Shown here: in pieces, positions 63,494-64,000 of the stretch
How positions within the stretch are numbered: position 1 is the first letter of the stretch
How the letters are laid out: each line of letters starts with the position of its first letter
Origin: Centroscyllium fabricii
Lineage: Eukaryota
Assembly: GCA_051313645.2 (NCBI GenBank)
Contig: JBNRSN020000496.1
Coordinates: forward strand, 124,001 to 188,000
Direction: 5' to 3'
DNA: 64,000 nt
Made by a program: the position numbers and the translations under genes
Notes under the pieces: generated by a model
Database searches by the model: none
The model's input: the letters and a program-made list of their open reading frames with translations, nothing else
What the model was told of the DNA's origin: nothing

Positions 63494-63986
63494 AATTCAA
63501 TTCAATTTGCTTTATTGGCATGACAAGATACATCTTCTGTTGCCAAAGCACAGAAAAAGGACATATACAATTGAACATACAAATGCAGATCTAGACATAC
63601 AGTGAATGGATCACGATGCAAACACATACATATATACCCACATATAAATCTCATACTCTTCCTAGCTTCAGTGGTCACTGGTTGTCCCTCTGCTTATGGC
63701 AAGCTGTGACGTAGTTTGCCGCTAATTTTATACAGTCCCTCTGTTCCCCCAATAGATATGGGAGTTTTTGGTGGTCATTCAAATTTTTTAATTCAGGGCA
63801 TGTTTTTATGAATTTTGGGTAGAAATTCCCCCTTATGTCCCTGATAGTTTTCACAAGTTGTGAGGAAGTGCAGCTCTGTCTCCACCACTCCCTGACTGCA
63901 GTGGGAGCACAGCCTTTCCTCTCTGGGCAGCCACGCCTGTCTGTGTCTGCCTTTTTCGATGGCTAGGCTGTGCTCACTAAGTCTGC
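63494..63986 (-). mobile_element. 5'-truncated RTE-X-like LINE 3' end
   Basis: LSEHSLAIEKGRH...REERLCSHC...ETELHFLTTC CCHC motif; AATAAA and (AATTG)n tail. Confidence 0.75.
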
Positions 63987-64000
63987 CTCTCCTCACTGGT

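Noticed and set aside
62879-63523. 214-aa Leu/Ser/His-rich ORF or ALMS1 first exon
   Set aside because: Translation of a CT-rich minisatellite; no convincing first exon or promoter found in the window.

Overview
Vertebrate genomic DNA, most likely from a cartilaginous fish (inferred from V-SINE/HE1-like SINEs, a Deu-domain SINE and shark-type CR1 LINEs). The window lies inside one minus-strand host gene that I identify as ALMS1. Five frame-compatible exons were found by hand: 58178-58315, 40328-40535, 35625-35751, 17528-19865 and 6340-6490. The ORF track shows only the large exon in the correct frame. The introns are mostly nested transposable elements: many CR1 fragments, L2, a nearly intact Rex1/Babar LINE, Penelope fragments with minimal hammerhead ribozymes, an RTE-X-like tail, solo LTRs, hAT and Tigger-like MITEs, tRNA-derived SINEs, and four long minisatellites. 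I cannot claim a confirmed new biological system. The best leads are: a non-autonomous element sharing both ends with the Rex1 LINE; a multi-kb minisatellite grown from a SINE core and then invaded by LINEs; hammerhead-bearing Penelope ends with a shared inactivated second ribozyme; a probable GC-AG donor abutting a G-rich minisatellite; and a 10-aa coding repeat in ALMS1. Family names and protein comparisons are from recalled motifs, not database searches, and repeat boundaries are approximate.
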